DNA from: a virus
Virus record (IMG/VR): IMGVR_UViG_3300035703_000061
Span: 1-64,000 of that record
Length of the DNA: 64,000 nt
Reading direction: 5' to 3' (one strand)
Positions 43,301-52,582 of the stretch are shown here, piece after piece. The notes under the pieces were generated by a model. The model saw nothing but the letters and a program-made list of their open reading frames with translations, searched no databases and was not told where the DNA came from. A program made the position numbers and the translations under genes. Each line of letters starts with the position of its first letter. Position 1 is the first letter of the stretch.

Positions 43301-46001
43301 TGCTGGCGTTACGGCAACTCAAATTAGAACAGTTGGAACTGCAATGAAGGCAGCTTTTGCCGGCACCGTTATCGGCTCTGTTTTGCTTGGCATTGGCATG
43401 TTGATAGAGAAAATTATTTCTTTAAATGCGTCAATGGCCGACACGAAAGCAAAGGCCATGGGAGCCGCGCAAGCTATTCGCTCGATGTCGCAAACAGAAG
43501 CCCAGCAGGCCACTAGACAATACGAGGCGGGAGCGCAAAGTTTAAAAGGATTAAATGAAGAGATAGAGCAAGGGAAGCTTAAGGGAAAGGCTTGGATTGA
43601 AGTGACATCTCAGCAAGCGAAGGCATTGCAAGATGCTGGAGTGATTGTTTCAAATGTCAGAGGCTCTTTACAGGTGCAGCCAACGCGAGTGACGGGAGCA
43701 TTTCAGAAATTACAAGGACTAGCAGCGGAGGGAAAATATAGACAAGAGCTACTTTCCTATGAAGAAAAACAAGCGCAGCAGACAGTATCGCTTCCTCCTA
43801 TTCCCGCCGGAGGAGGTGAAGAGAAAGGGAATGAAAAAGCGCTAGCAAAAGCCGCAGAAGAAGCCCGTAGACTTGCTGATGATAAGCGTAAGTACGAAGC
43901 TGATTTAATGAATATTAGCTTTGATCAAGCAATTAACTTGAGCGATATGGAATTTGAGCATTGGAAAAACTTGCAGCAGGCGAAATACGATTTTCTTGAG
44001 GCAGGACAAAACGAATGGATGAGCAGAGAATTGAAATTCCAACGCGATCTTCAGGCTATTGAAATTCGCAGAATTGAGACAATTCGCAAAGCGCAAGTTG
44101 ATACCGCTAAAGCTGAAATGAAGGCAGCTACGAGCGCTTATGTGGCGGAAGATTCCGGCGCTGGCGGGGGTGCTGCCATGTTCGGCGCTACCGGGAGAGT
44201 GTTCAACGCTCCTGGCTGGGTTCATGGTCATTTTCAAAACATGAACCGAGAGGCATTAGTTCAAGACACTGTTGAAGTGGTAATGAAGCTTCTGCAGCAA
44301 GGTGTTAAGCCTGAGTTGGGTAGCGGGCAAAAATTCACTGCTGGAATGCAGCAAGCTCAAGTGGAGCAGTTAGTGCGTCGTGGCATTGCTTCGCATAAAT
44401 CGTACGCGAGTGGAGTTGGGGCTATTGATGTGTTTGTTCCGCAAGGGACGCGAGTGCCAGTTGGCTTGTCAGGAGTGAGCAATCTCGGTGGCGCCGCTGG
44501 TGTTTCCGGGAATCTGCCTCGTGGCACGCAATTAATGCACCTCGATCCCAGCTCGCGCTCTGGAGCGGCTGGTGCAGCGCCTGCTGGAGTGCCTGCTTCA
44601 AGAATAAGAGCAGAAGCGAAGAAGGATTATGCTTCGGCGCTTGCAAGTCAAGAAGCAATTAATGCGAAAGAAAAAGAAAATCTTGCCACTAAATATGCAA
44701 ATATTCAGGCGCAACAAGAGCTTAATGTTCTCATTCGAGAATACACTGCCTCCATTGTTCCAGTGGAACAGCAAAAGCTTGAAAATACTCTCTTACAAAA
44801 TCGCATTAGTTTAATCTCGTCCGGGGCGTTTGGAGATGCTCTTGAGACTGAACAGAAGATTAGCGAAGCCAGAGAAAAAGCTGCTCTTGGCGTGCAAATG
44901 GCCAATGCTCAAATTGAGCAAAATAACAAACTAGTAAAAGATGGAATTATCAAGCAAGAAGAAGCAGATAAGCTAAATGCTTCTCAAGTGGAAAAAATTA
45001 AGCAGCTCACTCAGGGGCTTGAAGCTTACATCCCACTGCTAAGAGAAAGACTGAAGCTTGAGCAATCAAGTGCAGAAGCTACTTTGCGTGGTGAAATCAC
45101 TCGCGCCACTCCTCTGGGAGGCATGGGACTTTCTGCTGGTTTTATTGGTCCTGCTAGCGATAGGTTTGAGGAGGCGATTGGTCGTGGGGCCACACAAGAT
45201 GAGGCGTCGCGTTTCGCCGAATTACAGAATCAACTCACTCTTCTTGAGAGCAGAAATGAGGCTATCAAGCAGTCCATCTATGGCATTGGCAATGCTTTTG
45301 GCGAAGCTTTAACTACTGGCGTAGCAAGCCTCGTTTCCGGCACTGCCACTGCTAAAGAAGTATTTGCAAGCTTCTTGCAAAGCGTGGGTCAAGCTTTGTC
45401 TCAAGCGGCTTCGCAGATGATTGCCACTTACATTGCCATTGGTATTGCAAAAATGTTTGCGGGCCTTGGCGGAGGCGGTGGAAATCCAGCAGGTAGCGGA
45501 GGAGGGATCTCTGACATTCTCCCTGGGGCAAGTAAATACATGGAAGGAGGAGGCGCTGCACTTGGCGCTAGCGCTGGTACATTCGGTGCCGTAACAACAG
45601 GCTACGCTAATGGCGGCATTGTGCCCGGCGGCTTCCGGGCGTTTGCCAACGGTGGCGTCGTCAGTGGTCCTACGCTTGGCCTTGTAGGCGAAGGCAAGTA
45701 CAACGAAGCCATTGTCCCCCTCCCAGATGGTCGTTCCATTCCCGTGCAGCTTGGTGGACGTTCTGCCCGTGACCTCATGGGCAATGGCGCCCCAGGTATG
45801 CCTCAAGCGCCTTCTCTGAGCATGAAGTTTGAAACGACTAAGATTAATGGCGTAGAATACGTTAGCAGAGAACAATTAGAGCAGGCAATGGCAGAAACTC
45901 GTCGCGCTTCCATTGCAGGCGGTGCTCAACGAGGCATGTCAATGACGCTCGATAAGATTAAGCAAAGCCCCTCCACTCGCTCTAGTATTGGTATCCGCTA
46001 A
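40314..46001 (+). CDS. tape measure protein with embedded M23-like peptidase domain
   Basis: 1895 aa; LKIQSPSR, AFAQMASKGQVMSEELKGQLGD, ANGG...GEG...EAIVPL motifs. Confidence 0.93.
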   Translation: MAAQDAELKLKVSLDLAFLRQQLSTIGTQLAGQGIDISAEIDKDDVVKQYNLLAKTLESKTIRLKVESTTLDSLVIKAANLKKNLEEFGKQDISLDIKIASNIADLRKSIKDKLPSVAIDTHLNEPVNVYDFIRDVAKKVDDQVKKSYVAGGIPIVTKLALPGLADPLKALQKNLNQRDPLRAKVGTTPSIQKSDVTAFKTAVSEKFKDITVKVKAELETATAAAQGATTGPSRTFLQELKDLDKSVLQSIYKAAGEDALLAFDEGIINNKTKMAQALNKAAEDASAGFIAALENKKSALFKAAGEYGGALLSGLRKTLKIQSPSREMFDIGDDAGKGFELGLLKALELAEKSATNQMRRMLDRLARMALMMGGMSAAAINRQVAQSRALPSVNFPATVPPRQSIPIGPSGTGRALPPGAIPQALPGTAFGAQKYLPTNLGIELQQILQKAAYAFVDAVRREVRTVKIGIGASMQAALPAARIAGLLPSAVGRAPSTYSTGAIGGESREQMMARRTAEAYARSALRGMDVMGGGAGRPPSPYSYAYRSARPTSAIIPYAQPGAIVPSPVAGEGGAVPPVGGGGGMRGMGGMGGFGRALGGVNLPGAGAIRELGQEFAFATQQVLLFGQAYKMLAFIQNFPTQVGAAVSQLQNFRNTLGAISPTAEEAASSNRLILDLVEKYNVPLQSARDGFTKLYASMAPAGFSGDEIRNLFTGITQAAATFGMSADKVDRVNYAFAQMASKGQVMSEELKGQLGDVLPGAMAIFAKAAGFEGSKAIQDFSAELEAGRYKGEAMVALLKNVGIVMRQEFGSGAEGAALTFQGIINRMQNSMILLYESFEPVAVGFLNTVVVPLTDGIRQISDGFNAFFTGAATKTSGGFGIAQELERLKPTFEGLGQNVKALIEQFGQFARAGLEVGKVLLQIAGNPFVGYLARVYAAVLPLTLAIQVLNLRALVPLIASFVRAIPVFVTYTAATAQGVTANKALQLAMVTTGKTAGVTATQIRTVGTAMKAAFAGTVIGSVLLGIGMLIEKIISLNASMADTKAKAMGAAQAIRSMSQTEAQQATRQYEAGAQSLKGLNEEIEQGKLKGKAWIEVTSQQAKALQDAGVIVSNVRGSLQVQPTRVTGAFQKLQGLAAEGKYRQELLSYEEKQAQQTVSLPPIPAGGGEEKGNEKALAKAAEEARRLADDKRKYEADLMNISFDQAINLSDMEFEHWKNLQQAKYDFLEAGQNEWMSRELKFQRDLQAIEIRRIETIRKAQVDTAKAEMKAATSAYVAEDSGAGGGAAMFGATGRVFNAPGWVHGHFQNMNREALVQDTVEVVMKLLQQGVKPELGSGQKFTAGMQQAQVEQLVRRGIASHKSYASGVGAIDVFVPQGTRVPVGLSGVSNLGGAAGVSGNLPRGTQLMHLDPSSRSGAAGAAPAGVPASRIRAEAKKDYASALASQEAINAKEKENLATKYANIQAQQELNVLIREYTASIVPVEQQKLENTLLQNRISLISSGAFGDALETEQKISEAREKAALGVQMANAQIEQNNKLVKDGIIKQEEADKLNASQVEKIKQLTQGLEAYIPLLRERLKLEQSSAEATLRGEITRATPLGGMGLSAGFIGPASDRFEEAIGRGATQDEASRFAELQNQLTLLESRNEAIKQSIYGIGNAFGEALTTGVASLVSGTATAKEVFASFLQSVGQALSQAASQMIATYIAIGIAKMFAGLGGGGGNPAGSGGGISDILPGASKYMEGGGAALGASAGTFGAVTTGYANGGIVPGGFRAFANGGVVSGPTLGLVGEGKYNEAIVPLPDGRSIPVQLGGRSARDLMGNGAPGMPQAPSLSMKFETTKINGVEYVSREQLEQAMAETRRASIAGGAQRGMSMTLDKIKQSPSTRSSIGIR

Positions 46002-46396
46002 TGGCAATATTTCCTTCCATTAGACCAACTGGACGATCGTATTCTCCAGGGCAATTTCCCACGAAAGTTTATCGCGGGCTTTCGGGAGCCACTGTTAAAA
46101 GAGTGTTTGGCAATCGGTCATTTGGTCATGCCATTGATCTTCAGTTTGAAAATATTTCCGACGCCAATACAAAAGCCATCCTCGATCATTACTATGGCCA
46201 ATTTGGCAGCTACGTCCGTTTCGCTCTTCCTGACGCAGTATTTTCTGGCATGAGCTCAACGCTAAAAGGCGTTGTGCAGACTCCCGCAAATATTCTCTGG
46301 GAATATGCTGAACCTCCTCAAGTGGAAAGCGTGTTCAATGGACGAAGCACTGTTACAGTGAGGCTGATTGGCGAGCTTGACTATTCTGGCGCTTGA
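46001..46396 (+). CDS. distal tail protein (lambda M-like)
   Basis: First gene after TMP; W.YA.PP.V motif. Confidence 0.7.
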   Translation: MAIFPSIRPTGRSYSPGQFPTKVYRGLSGATVKRVFGNRSFGHAIDLQFENISDANTKAILDHYYGQFGSYVRFALPDAVFSGMSSTLKGVVQTPANILWEYAEPPQVESVFNGRSTVTVRLIGELDYSGA

Positions 46397-46398
46397 TA

Positions 46399-46908
46399 AT
46401 GGAAACTTCTATTCACATTGCTCATTTCCTTTTCATCGAAACCGCTAACAAACAGTCGCACTACTATCAAAACTACTTCTTCAATACTGGCACTTCTGCA
46501 GTGGCCATTCCAGGCAGTGCATCTCCAGCGTATAGGCATGCTCCATTCCGCGTAGAAGGAGCATTGTCCTCCTTGAATGGAGAAAATAGTTTGTTGCGCG
46601 TACTGTTTCCGCATAGCGCTTTTACCATTGCGCTCGTTGAAAACGGAGAAGGCAATCGTCTTAGCAAGCTCTCCTTAAAAACAGTGTGGATGGCAACAAC
46701 TGGTTCCATCGCCGACTACAACAGCTACACGAAGACTGCTGAGTACGAAGAATTTTATGTGGGCGTTGGCGCTTCCTTTGACGATACCACTGTAGAACTG
46801 CGCTTTAGGAGCGCAATGGACAGCGTGGGTGCATCGTTTCCAAGGCAAACATTTTCGTCTAAGAATGTTGGCTTCTTGCCATTGAATGCAGAAATTAGCC
46901 TGCGATGA
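46399..46908 (+). CDS. minor tail protein (lambda L-like)
   Basis: Position; YQNYF...S.MDSVG..FP. Confidence 0.6.
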   Translation: METSIHIAHFLFIETANKQSHYYQNYFFNTGTSAVAIPGSASPAYRHAPFRVEGALSSLNGENSLLRVLFPHSAFTIALVENGEGNRLSKLSLKTVWMATTGSIADYNSYTKTAEYEEFYVGVGASFDDTTVELRFRSAMDSVGASFPRQTFSSKNVGFLPLNAEISLR

Positions 46909-47297
46909 TTAATGATTTAATTGGCCTTGCGTACGAACGAAGGGCTCGTTTTTCTGAAGGCGAAGGAAAAACTGATTGCTTTATGCTTGTTTGCGAAGCA
47001 AGGCGTCGCCTTGGTCTTCATGATTATGAAGAGGATTTTCGATGGGCATATGACCAATATGATTCCGGCAATTTACCAATGAAGAGAATTGTCCGATGGC
47101 TATTTAACAATGGCAAAAGGACAAAAGAAAGAGAAGATGGTAATGTGGCCATTATTCTGCCAAAGCCGGGAGGCGAGATGGCAGTTGGCGTGGCTTATGA
47201 TGGGGGAATACTTACAGTTTCCCGGGGAGGGCGATCATTCTGGTCGTCATCTTTTCCATCGCTGAAGCTGTTCAAAATGCTGCCTGATATTAAATAA
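46905..47297 (+). CDS. NlpC/P60-like tail assembly protein (lambda K-like)
   Basis: DLIGL.Y...TDCF.LV; the usual His residues are not evident. Confidence 0.7.
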   Translation: MINDLIGLAYERRARFSEGEGKTDCFMLVCEARRRLGLHDYEEDFRWAYDQYDSGNLPMKRIVRWLFNNGKRTKEREDGNVAIILPKPGGEMAVGVAYDGGILTVSRGGRSFWSSSFPSLKLFKMLPDIK

Positions 47298-50200
47298 TGA
47301 GACGCCTCCTTCCTTACGAACGCGCTCTAATTGATGCTCTTCAGATTTCCGAAGAAGAATACTGGCAGTTCTATCTGGCACGGTTAAATTACCGTGACAA
47401 TAAGGAAGGAACTATTCTTGACGTAAGAAATGGCATAGACCCTGGAACTGTTGCGCTTATTCTTACCATCGTTGGAACATTGGCGCAAGTTGGTGCAGCG
47501 TTGCTTGCTCCCAAGCCAGAGGCCCCTAGTGCAACGATGGGGCGACGCAGCCGCAATCTTTTCTTTGCGCCTCGCTATGGCTTCAATTCTTTTCAAGAAG
47601 TGGCGCGTTATGGAGACCCAGTTAATCTTGTCTATACAAACAATTCCGAAAATCCTGCTGGCGGCGTAAGGGTTAATACTTCGCTGGTATGGTCTGCCGT
47701 GCATAGTCTTGGCTCTCGCCAGTTCATGCAAATGCTTGCAGTGGTAGGCGCTGGTCCCATTGAAGAATTTGGCTATGGTCGCACGGCTTTTGGTCAAACG
47801 CCATTAAGGGACATTCCCGCTCAACGCTTCTGGCTTTATGCGCAGCCAGATGGCGGACGTCTCGCGTTCATTCACAATAGGTATCCAGAGCCTCTTAATG
47901 CAGACGATCCATCGCGTGAAGGCATCACTCCTACTGATGCAGTGTATAAAACCAACACATCTGGACTGCAAAGGCCAGAAGGCTTTAGCCAAGCATTCTC
48001 TCCTACCACTGCCACTTCATTGGGCGTATATGACGTTGTACCAATCAGAGTGCAAGTGGAGGATCGAAATGACAATGGTGAAGAAGAGCGCGACCAACTT
48101 GGCGTAAATTTAACTGGCAGAGGAAGCTTTTGGCCAGACACATGGCCTGCAGTAGGCGTTCGCCCTGCCCTGCCTGCTAACAGCGAGCTTACCATCATCT
48201 TTAGAGAAGACGATGGAAAGAGCGTTGGCGAAGACGTAGAAAGAGCTGCAGTTGATTTACGCAGTTCATACATTACTGTTTTTGATTCCTCTAGCCTGTA
48301 TAAGCTTGGCGCAGCCAAGCTGAAGATGATTTCTAGCAATATCAACAACGGAAGCGACGTAGAGGGGCGATTCACTTTTAAATGCGTAGAACCTGGCGTG
48401 CTATGCGAAGAAGATTACGGCACGCTTAATTATCAACAAAATGGCGAAGAACTTCGAGCGCGCAAGAAAGAATTAGAGGCGCTTATTGCGCAATTAAATT
48501 CAGAGTATGGCGTGGCGTTTGGAAATAAAATTAGTGGTGCTGCTGCCGCTCAAATTGATCAATACAGTACAAGGCTGGAGCAATTAGATGAAAACATCTT
48601 AAGAGCTTCTGCTATTAGAAAAGGCGACATATCTTCCAAGGATTTCAGGGATCTTTTGGATGAAACTGGAGCTTTTCAAGAAGCAAATAGAGACATAAAT
48701 ACATTAGAAGAAGAATTCAAAACATTAAGTGAGCACAAGGAAAATTTACAAGACATTATTAATAATATTCTTGAAATTCGACCTGCCGATAGAACTGACG
48801 CGCAGAAAGATAGATTGCGAACCGCAAAGGCCGAAAAAAGACAGGCAATTATTGATAGAAACGAAAAGCGCAAGCAAATTAATAATCTTGTTCGCAGGCT
48901 TATGCCTAAAGCAATCCTAGAGGGATTGTTTGTTGATGCACCGAACACAAATTTAAGAGACGAGCTTCGCGCCATGCGCAAGGAGCGTCGTCAAATTAGG
49001 CGCGCCATTGACGAACTTGTAAGAAATCAACGTGATACTGTAGCTGAAGGTGCCGCTCAACAAGATTGGCAGCGTCGATATGACGAAGCTGCTAGAGAAT
49101 TGCGAGAAACAGAAGCTGAATTAAAGAATCCAGATAACTGGAACGACTATTTCAACACTAAATGTATTGCCAAGATTGACGAGATCAGCTACGAGGCTAC
49201 TACTAAGTGTGATATTGTCAATTTTTGCTTTAAGAGCAAAATCTTTCAACGCATTCAAGGACGGCAAAGCGTATATGCCGAGACTGATATGCAGGGGCAT
49301 AAAGACAGTGATAATGGCGTGCGTAATCGTACGTCCATGTTTTGGATGCTTTACAAAAAGCCAACTGACACACGATACACAAGAGCAAAATTTGTATTAG
49401 CCATTCGTAATGGCAAGGAAGTGGACATCTACACTCACCTTCGCTTTATTGCTGCATCAAAAGAAAAATGGCAGTTTAAATTTGAGCCCATTGTTGATCT
49501 CCCTGCAGAGCTGCGCACTCATAATGATGCGCAGCAAATTAATATGCTTTATCTCCGCACGTTTGGCTATGGATTGAACGATGAACAAAATAGCGTGAGT
49601 CTTGATGGCGGGCATCAACTGGTTTTTCGCGGCAAAATTCGTCAAACGGTTCGCCTGCGACCTCGATTAAATCGCACGCCAAAATTTGTTGATGAATGGG
49701 GGCTATTCTCGTTGCGTTCTGACACGCAAATTTCTTTCTCCTTTGATAGTGGCCCTGAGAATTCTTTGGTGGCAGTCACTGAGCAGCAGCTCGAAAGCTT
49801 CTCGCCAAATCTTTACCAAGATCTTGTTTTGCTTGGTCTGAATATCTACAGCGGACAAGGCGTGCAGGATTTGCGCTCTCTTAGCGCATGGGTGACAAAA
49901 GGCAAAAAGGTTCGGAAGCTTTCGGATGGTGGAAGCTATTCATCTAGTCTTGTTTCATCAACAAGCTATGCTCCTGAGATTTTTCTCGATACCATTCTTG
50001 ACGAGAAAAATGGAATTGGCGCCTATGCCAATGTCAATGGCATAGACACTGCTCGTCTTGGACTGGCGCAGAAATTCTGTCGAGCAAATGGCTACTACAT
50101 GGACGGCGTAATTGCTGAGCCACAATCATGGCGAGAATTCTGGAGCACTGTTGCACCATTTTCTCTTCTTGAATTTGCGCGAATTGGCGGAAAAGAAACG

Positions 50201-50983
50201 CTAGTGCCAGCCGTGCCTTATGACACTTTTGGCAATGTCACAAGAAACATCTCCATTTCCGCATTGTTTAATCAAGGAAACATTCTTGAGGATAGTTACA
50301 AAGAAGAGTTCCTTGATTATGGCGACAATACGCAAGATTTGATTGCGACCATTGTCTATCGCAATACAGAAAACGATAATGTGTTCCCAGGTAATACAAG
50401 CTTGACCATAATGCTGGCTGATGCCTCAGAAAGTAATAGCGTTCGCCAGACGTTTAACTTGTCGGATTTTGTAACGAGAAGAGTGCAGGCATTGCATTAT
50501 GGAATGCTACTTTGTCAGCAGCGTAGACTTTCGAGACGAGCCGTGGAATTCAAAACATTTCCCACTGAAAGCCCTATTGAACCTGGTAGCTACGTCTATG
50601 TTCAAACTGATCAGAACCAATGGGACGATTTTCGCAGTGGCATTGTCGAAGCAAATGGCAAGCTCAACACTCCATTAGCAGAAGATCCAATTAACGGCTC
50701 TTACACAGCGCTTTTATACAGCGGCAGTCCCAATGAAGGAATTGTCAAACTTTCAGTGTCAGTGACAGATAGCCAATCAGCATCGCTTGCCCCTTACGAG
50801 GGATGGCTATTTGTTTTAGGCAATGCAGTGACAACAAAGCGTGTTTTCCGCGTGACAGAAGTGACAATGGAAGAAGAGGGTGAGATTACAGTGAGAGCCA
50901 TTGAGCATCCATGTGAAGAACAAGGAGGGCAAACGAAATCAAAAATTGTGCGTTTTGACCCGTCGCTTTATCGCATTGATTAG
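47297..50983 (+). CDS. tail tip / central tail hub protein
   Basis: LLPYE..LI..L.ISEEEY N-terminus, YG.PV.LVY, FC..NG.Y.DGVI; internal coiled-coil insert. Confidence 0.8.
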   Translation: MRRLLPYERALIDALQISEEEYWQFYLARLNYRDNKEGTILDVRNGIDPGTVALILTIVGTLAQVGAALLAPKPEAPSATMGRRSRNLFFAPRYGFNSFQEVARYGDPVNLVYTNNSENPAGGVRVNTSLVWSAVHSLGSRQFMQMLAVVGAGPIEEFGYGRTAFGQTPLRDIPAQRFWLYAQPDGGRLAFIHNRYPEPLNADDPSREGITPTDAVYKTNTSGLQRPEGFSQAFSPTTATSLGVYDVVPIRVQVEDRNDNGEEERDQLGVNLTGRGSFWPDTWPAVGVRPALPANSELTIIFREDDGKSVGEDVERAAVDLRSSYITVFDSSSLYKLGAAKLKMISSNINNGSDVEGRFTFKCVEPGVLCEEDYGTLNYQQNGEELRARKKELEALIAQLNSEYGVAFGNKISGAAAAQIDQYSTRLEQLDENILRASAIRKGDISSKDFRDLLDETGAFQEANRDINTLEEEFKTLSEHKENLQDIINNILEIRPADRTDAQKDRLRTAKAEKRQAIIDRNEKRKQINNLVRRLMPKAILEGLFVDAPNTNLRDELRAMRKERRQIRRAIDELVRNQRDTVAEGAAQQDWQRRYDEAARELRETEAELKNPDNWNDYFNTKCIAKIDEISYEATTKCDIVNFCFKSKIFQRIQGRQSVYAETDMQGHKDSDNGVRNRTSMFWMLYKKPTDTRYTRAKFVLAIRNGKEVDIYTHLRFIAASKEKWQFKFEPIVDLPAELRTHNDAQQINMLYLRTFGYGLNDEQNSVSLDGGHQLVFRGKIRQTVRLRPRLNRTPKFVDEWGLFSLRSDTQISFSFDSGPENSLVAVTEQQLESFSPNLYQDLVLLGLNIYSGQGVQDLRSLSAWVTKGKKVRKLSDGGSYSSSLVSSTSYAPEIFLDTILDEKNGIGAYANVNGIDTARLGLAQKFCRANGYYMDGVIAEPQSWREFWSTVAPFSLLEFARIGGKETLVPAVPYDTFGNVTRNISISALFNQGNILEDSYKEEFLDYGDNTQDLIATIVYRNTENDNVFPGNTSLTIMLADASESNSVRQTFNLSDFVTRRVQALHYGMLLCQQRRLSRRAVEFKTFPTESPIEPGSYVYVQTDQNQWDDFRSGIVEANGKLNTPLAEDPINGSYTALLYSGSPNEGIVKLSVSVTDSQSASLAPYEGWLFVLGNAVTTKRVFRVTEVTMEEEGEITVRAIEHPCEEQGGQTKSKIVRFDPSLYRID

Positions 50984-51026
50984 TCACTTCCAAAAGTGCT
51001 AAGATTAAAACAAAAGCTTTAAGACA

Positions 51027-51446
51027 ATGCCTTTCTACACTGGCCGTACTGGCAAGCTGCGTCTTGGTGGCAGCGAAGTATCAAAGGTGCGTAACTGGAC
51101 ATTGGATACTTCTGTGAACATGCTGGATACCACAGCATTGGGAGATACTGCCAATACATTCACTCCTGGTTTATTTAGCGCCACTGGTAGCGCCACTTTG
51201 TCTTATTACAACGGCGACACAACTGACGTGACCAATCTTCTTGAGAAGATTGCAAAAACTGGTGCAATCACTGATAGTGATGAAGTGACTCTCACATTTG
51301 AAGTGGGGACAAACCAGCTCTTTACGGCCGATGCTTTTATCAATAGTGCAAGCATCACATCGTCCACTGATGAATTGACCAATGTTTCCTTCAACTTTAC
51401 CATCAACGGTCCTTTGACTACTGTCACTCTCACTGGCGCCACTTGA
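51027..51446 (+). CDS. tail-tube-like minor structural protein
   Basis: FYTG..G.L...W.LD...LDTT.LGD...PGL....GS. Confidence 0.7.
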   Translation: MPFYTGRTGKLRLGGSEVSKVRNWTLDTSVNMLDTTALGDTANTFTPGLFSATGSATLSYYNGDTTDVTNLLEKIAKTGAITDSDEVTLTFEVGTNQLFTADAFINSASITSSTDELTNVSFNFTINGPLTTVTLTGAT

Positions 51447-51495
51447 TAGGACGCAATTATTGTTCGTACAATAGAATAATCAATGCTGAGGCGAA

Positions 51496-52506
51496 ATGAC
51501 ATTCTTTGTTGGCCATACAGGCGCGATTAAGCTTCAGCGTGGCGGAGAAAATACTTTCACTGCCGTTATTTCGCCGGATGATATTAACACTACGTTAAAT
51601 CGCTTCAGTTTTGATGATAGTGATAGGAACATAATTACTGGGGACTTCCTTGAGATTAGCACGGAGGACCCCAGGGGGCTTTTGTTTATTCCAGCTCTTT
51701 TCTGGAGCACTCCAGCTCCAGGCGTTGATGGCTACAGCGAAGCGGTGTGGACCAATAATGCTTCCGCTGGTCTTGCCGGATGGCAAGATGATGAAATGAG
51801 CGTTTCCGCTTCATTGCCACCTGAAGGGTATGACGAATATCGAATGAGCCCTTATCAAGTGCAGGACAATGCACGGGCATATGCTCATATTAACCAATTA
51901 GGCGGCATTCGCCTTTTTGGCAGTTTTGACGACGCCATTAATAATGAAAGGGCAAACGAATATGCGTTAGCTGAATTTTACGGCGAACCACTTGTTGTTA
52001 CCATTAATATTCGCGACACAAAATATAACACGCTTGGCTCTGTCACATCGTTTGAAGTGAATACTGATAGAGCTGCGATGGAGACAACAAGCTTGTCTGA
52101 CGCATTTAAGCAGCAGTATTCAGCAGGCTTGCTCAGTGGCAATGGAAGCATCGAATGCCTATTTAATTACGACACCGTCCCTGGACAGGATACGCCATTG
52201 TTCCTGTTGCAAGTTATTAATAGGATAAATATTGGCAGTGCATTTAAGGCATTACTTTCACTGTCATCAGTGGAGCGATCACCTGCGTTCCGCGAAGAAG
52301 TGTTTTATGAAATAGAAGCAGTTGTCACAAGAGCCGGCGTTACTGTAACGTCCGATGCCTTAGTGGCTTGCTCCATTGATTTTGTTACCACTGGAGAGTT
52401 TAAGCTTCGCATTGGAGTGCCAACAGAGTACATTTTGAAGGAAGATGATGATGCCATCTATCTTGAGCAAAGTCTTGATTACCTACTGCAGGAAGTGACT
52501 GATTGA
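51496..52506 (+). CDS. tail-tube-like structural protein with insertion
   Basis: Same N-terminal and ETTSL.D...GL.SG.GS motifs as the preceding gene. Confidence 0.65.
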   Translation: MTFFVGHTGAIKLQRGGENTFTAVISPDDINTTLNRFSFDDSDRNIITGDFLEISTEDPRGLLFIPALFWSTPAPGVDGYSEAVWTNNASAGLAGWQDDEMSVSASLPPEGYDEYRMSPYQVQDNARAYAHINQLGGIRLFGSFDDAINNERANEYALAEFYGEPLVVTINIRDTKYNTLGSVTSFEVNTDRAAMETTSLSDAFKQQYSAGLLSGNGSIECLFNYDTVPGQDTPLFLLQVINRINIGSAFKALLSLSSVERSPAFREEVFYEIEAVVTRAGVTVTSDALVACSIDFVTTGEFKLRIGVPTEYILKEDDDAIYLEQSLDYLLQEVTD

Positions 52507-52582
52507 TCAAAGGGATGGGAGCGGTTCATAATAGCTATTATCGTTTAAGACTAGACTGTATTTAGCATTGCCTTTTTGAGAG

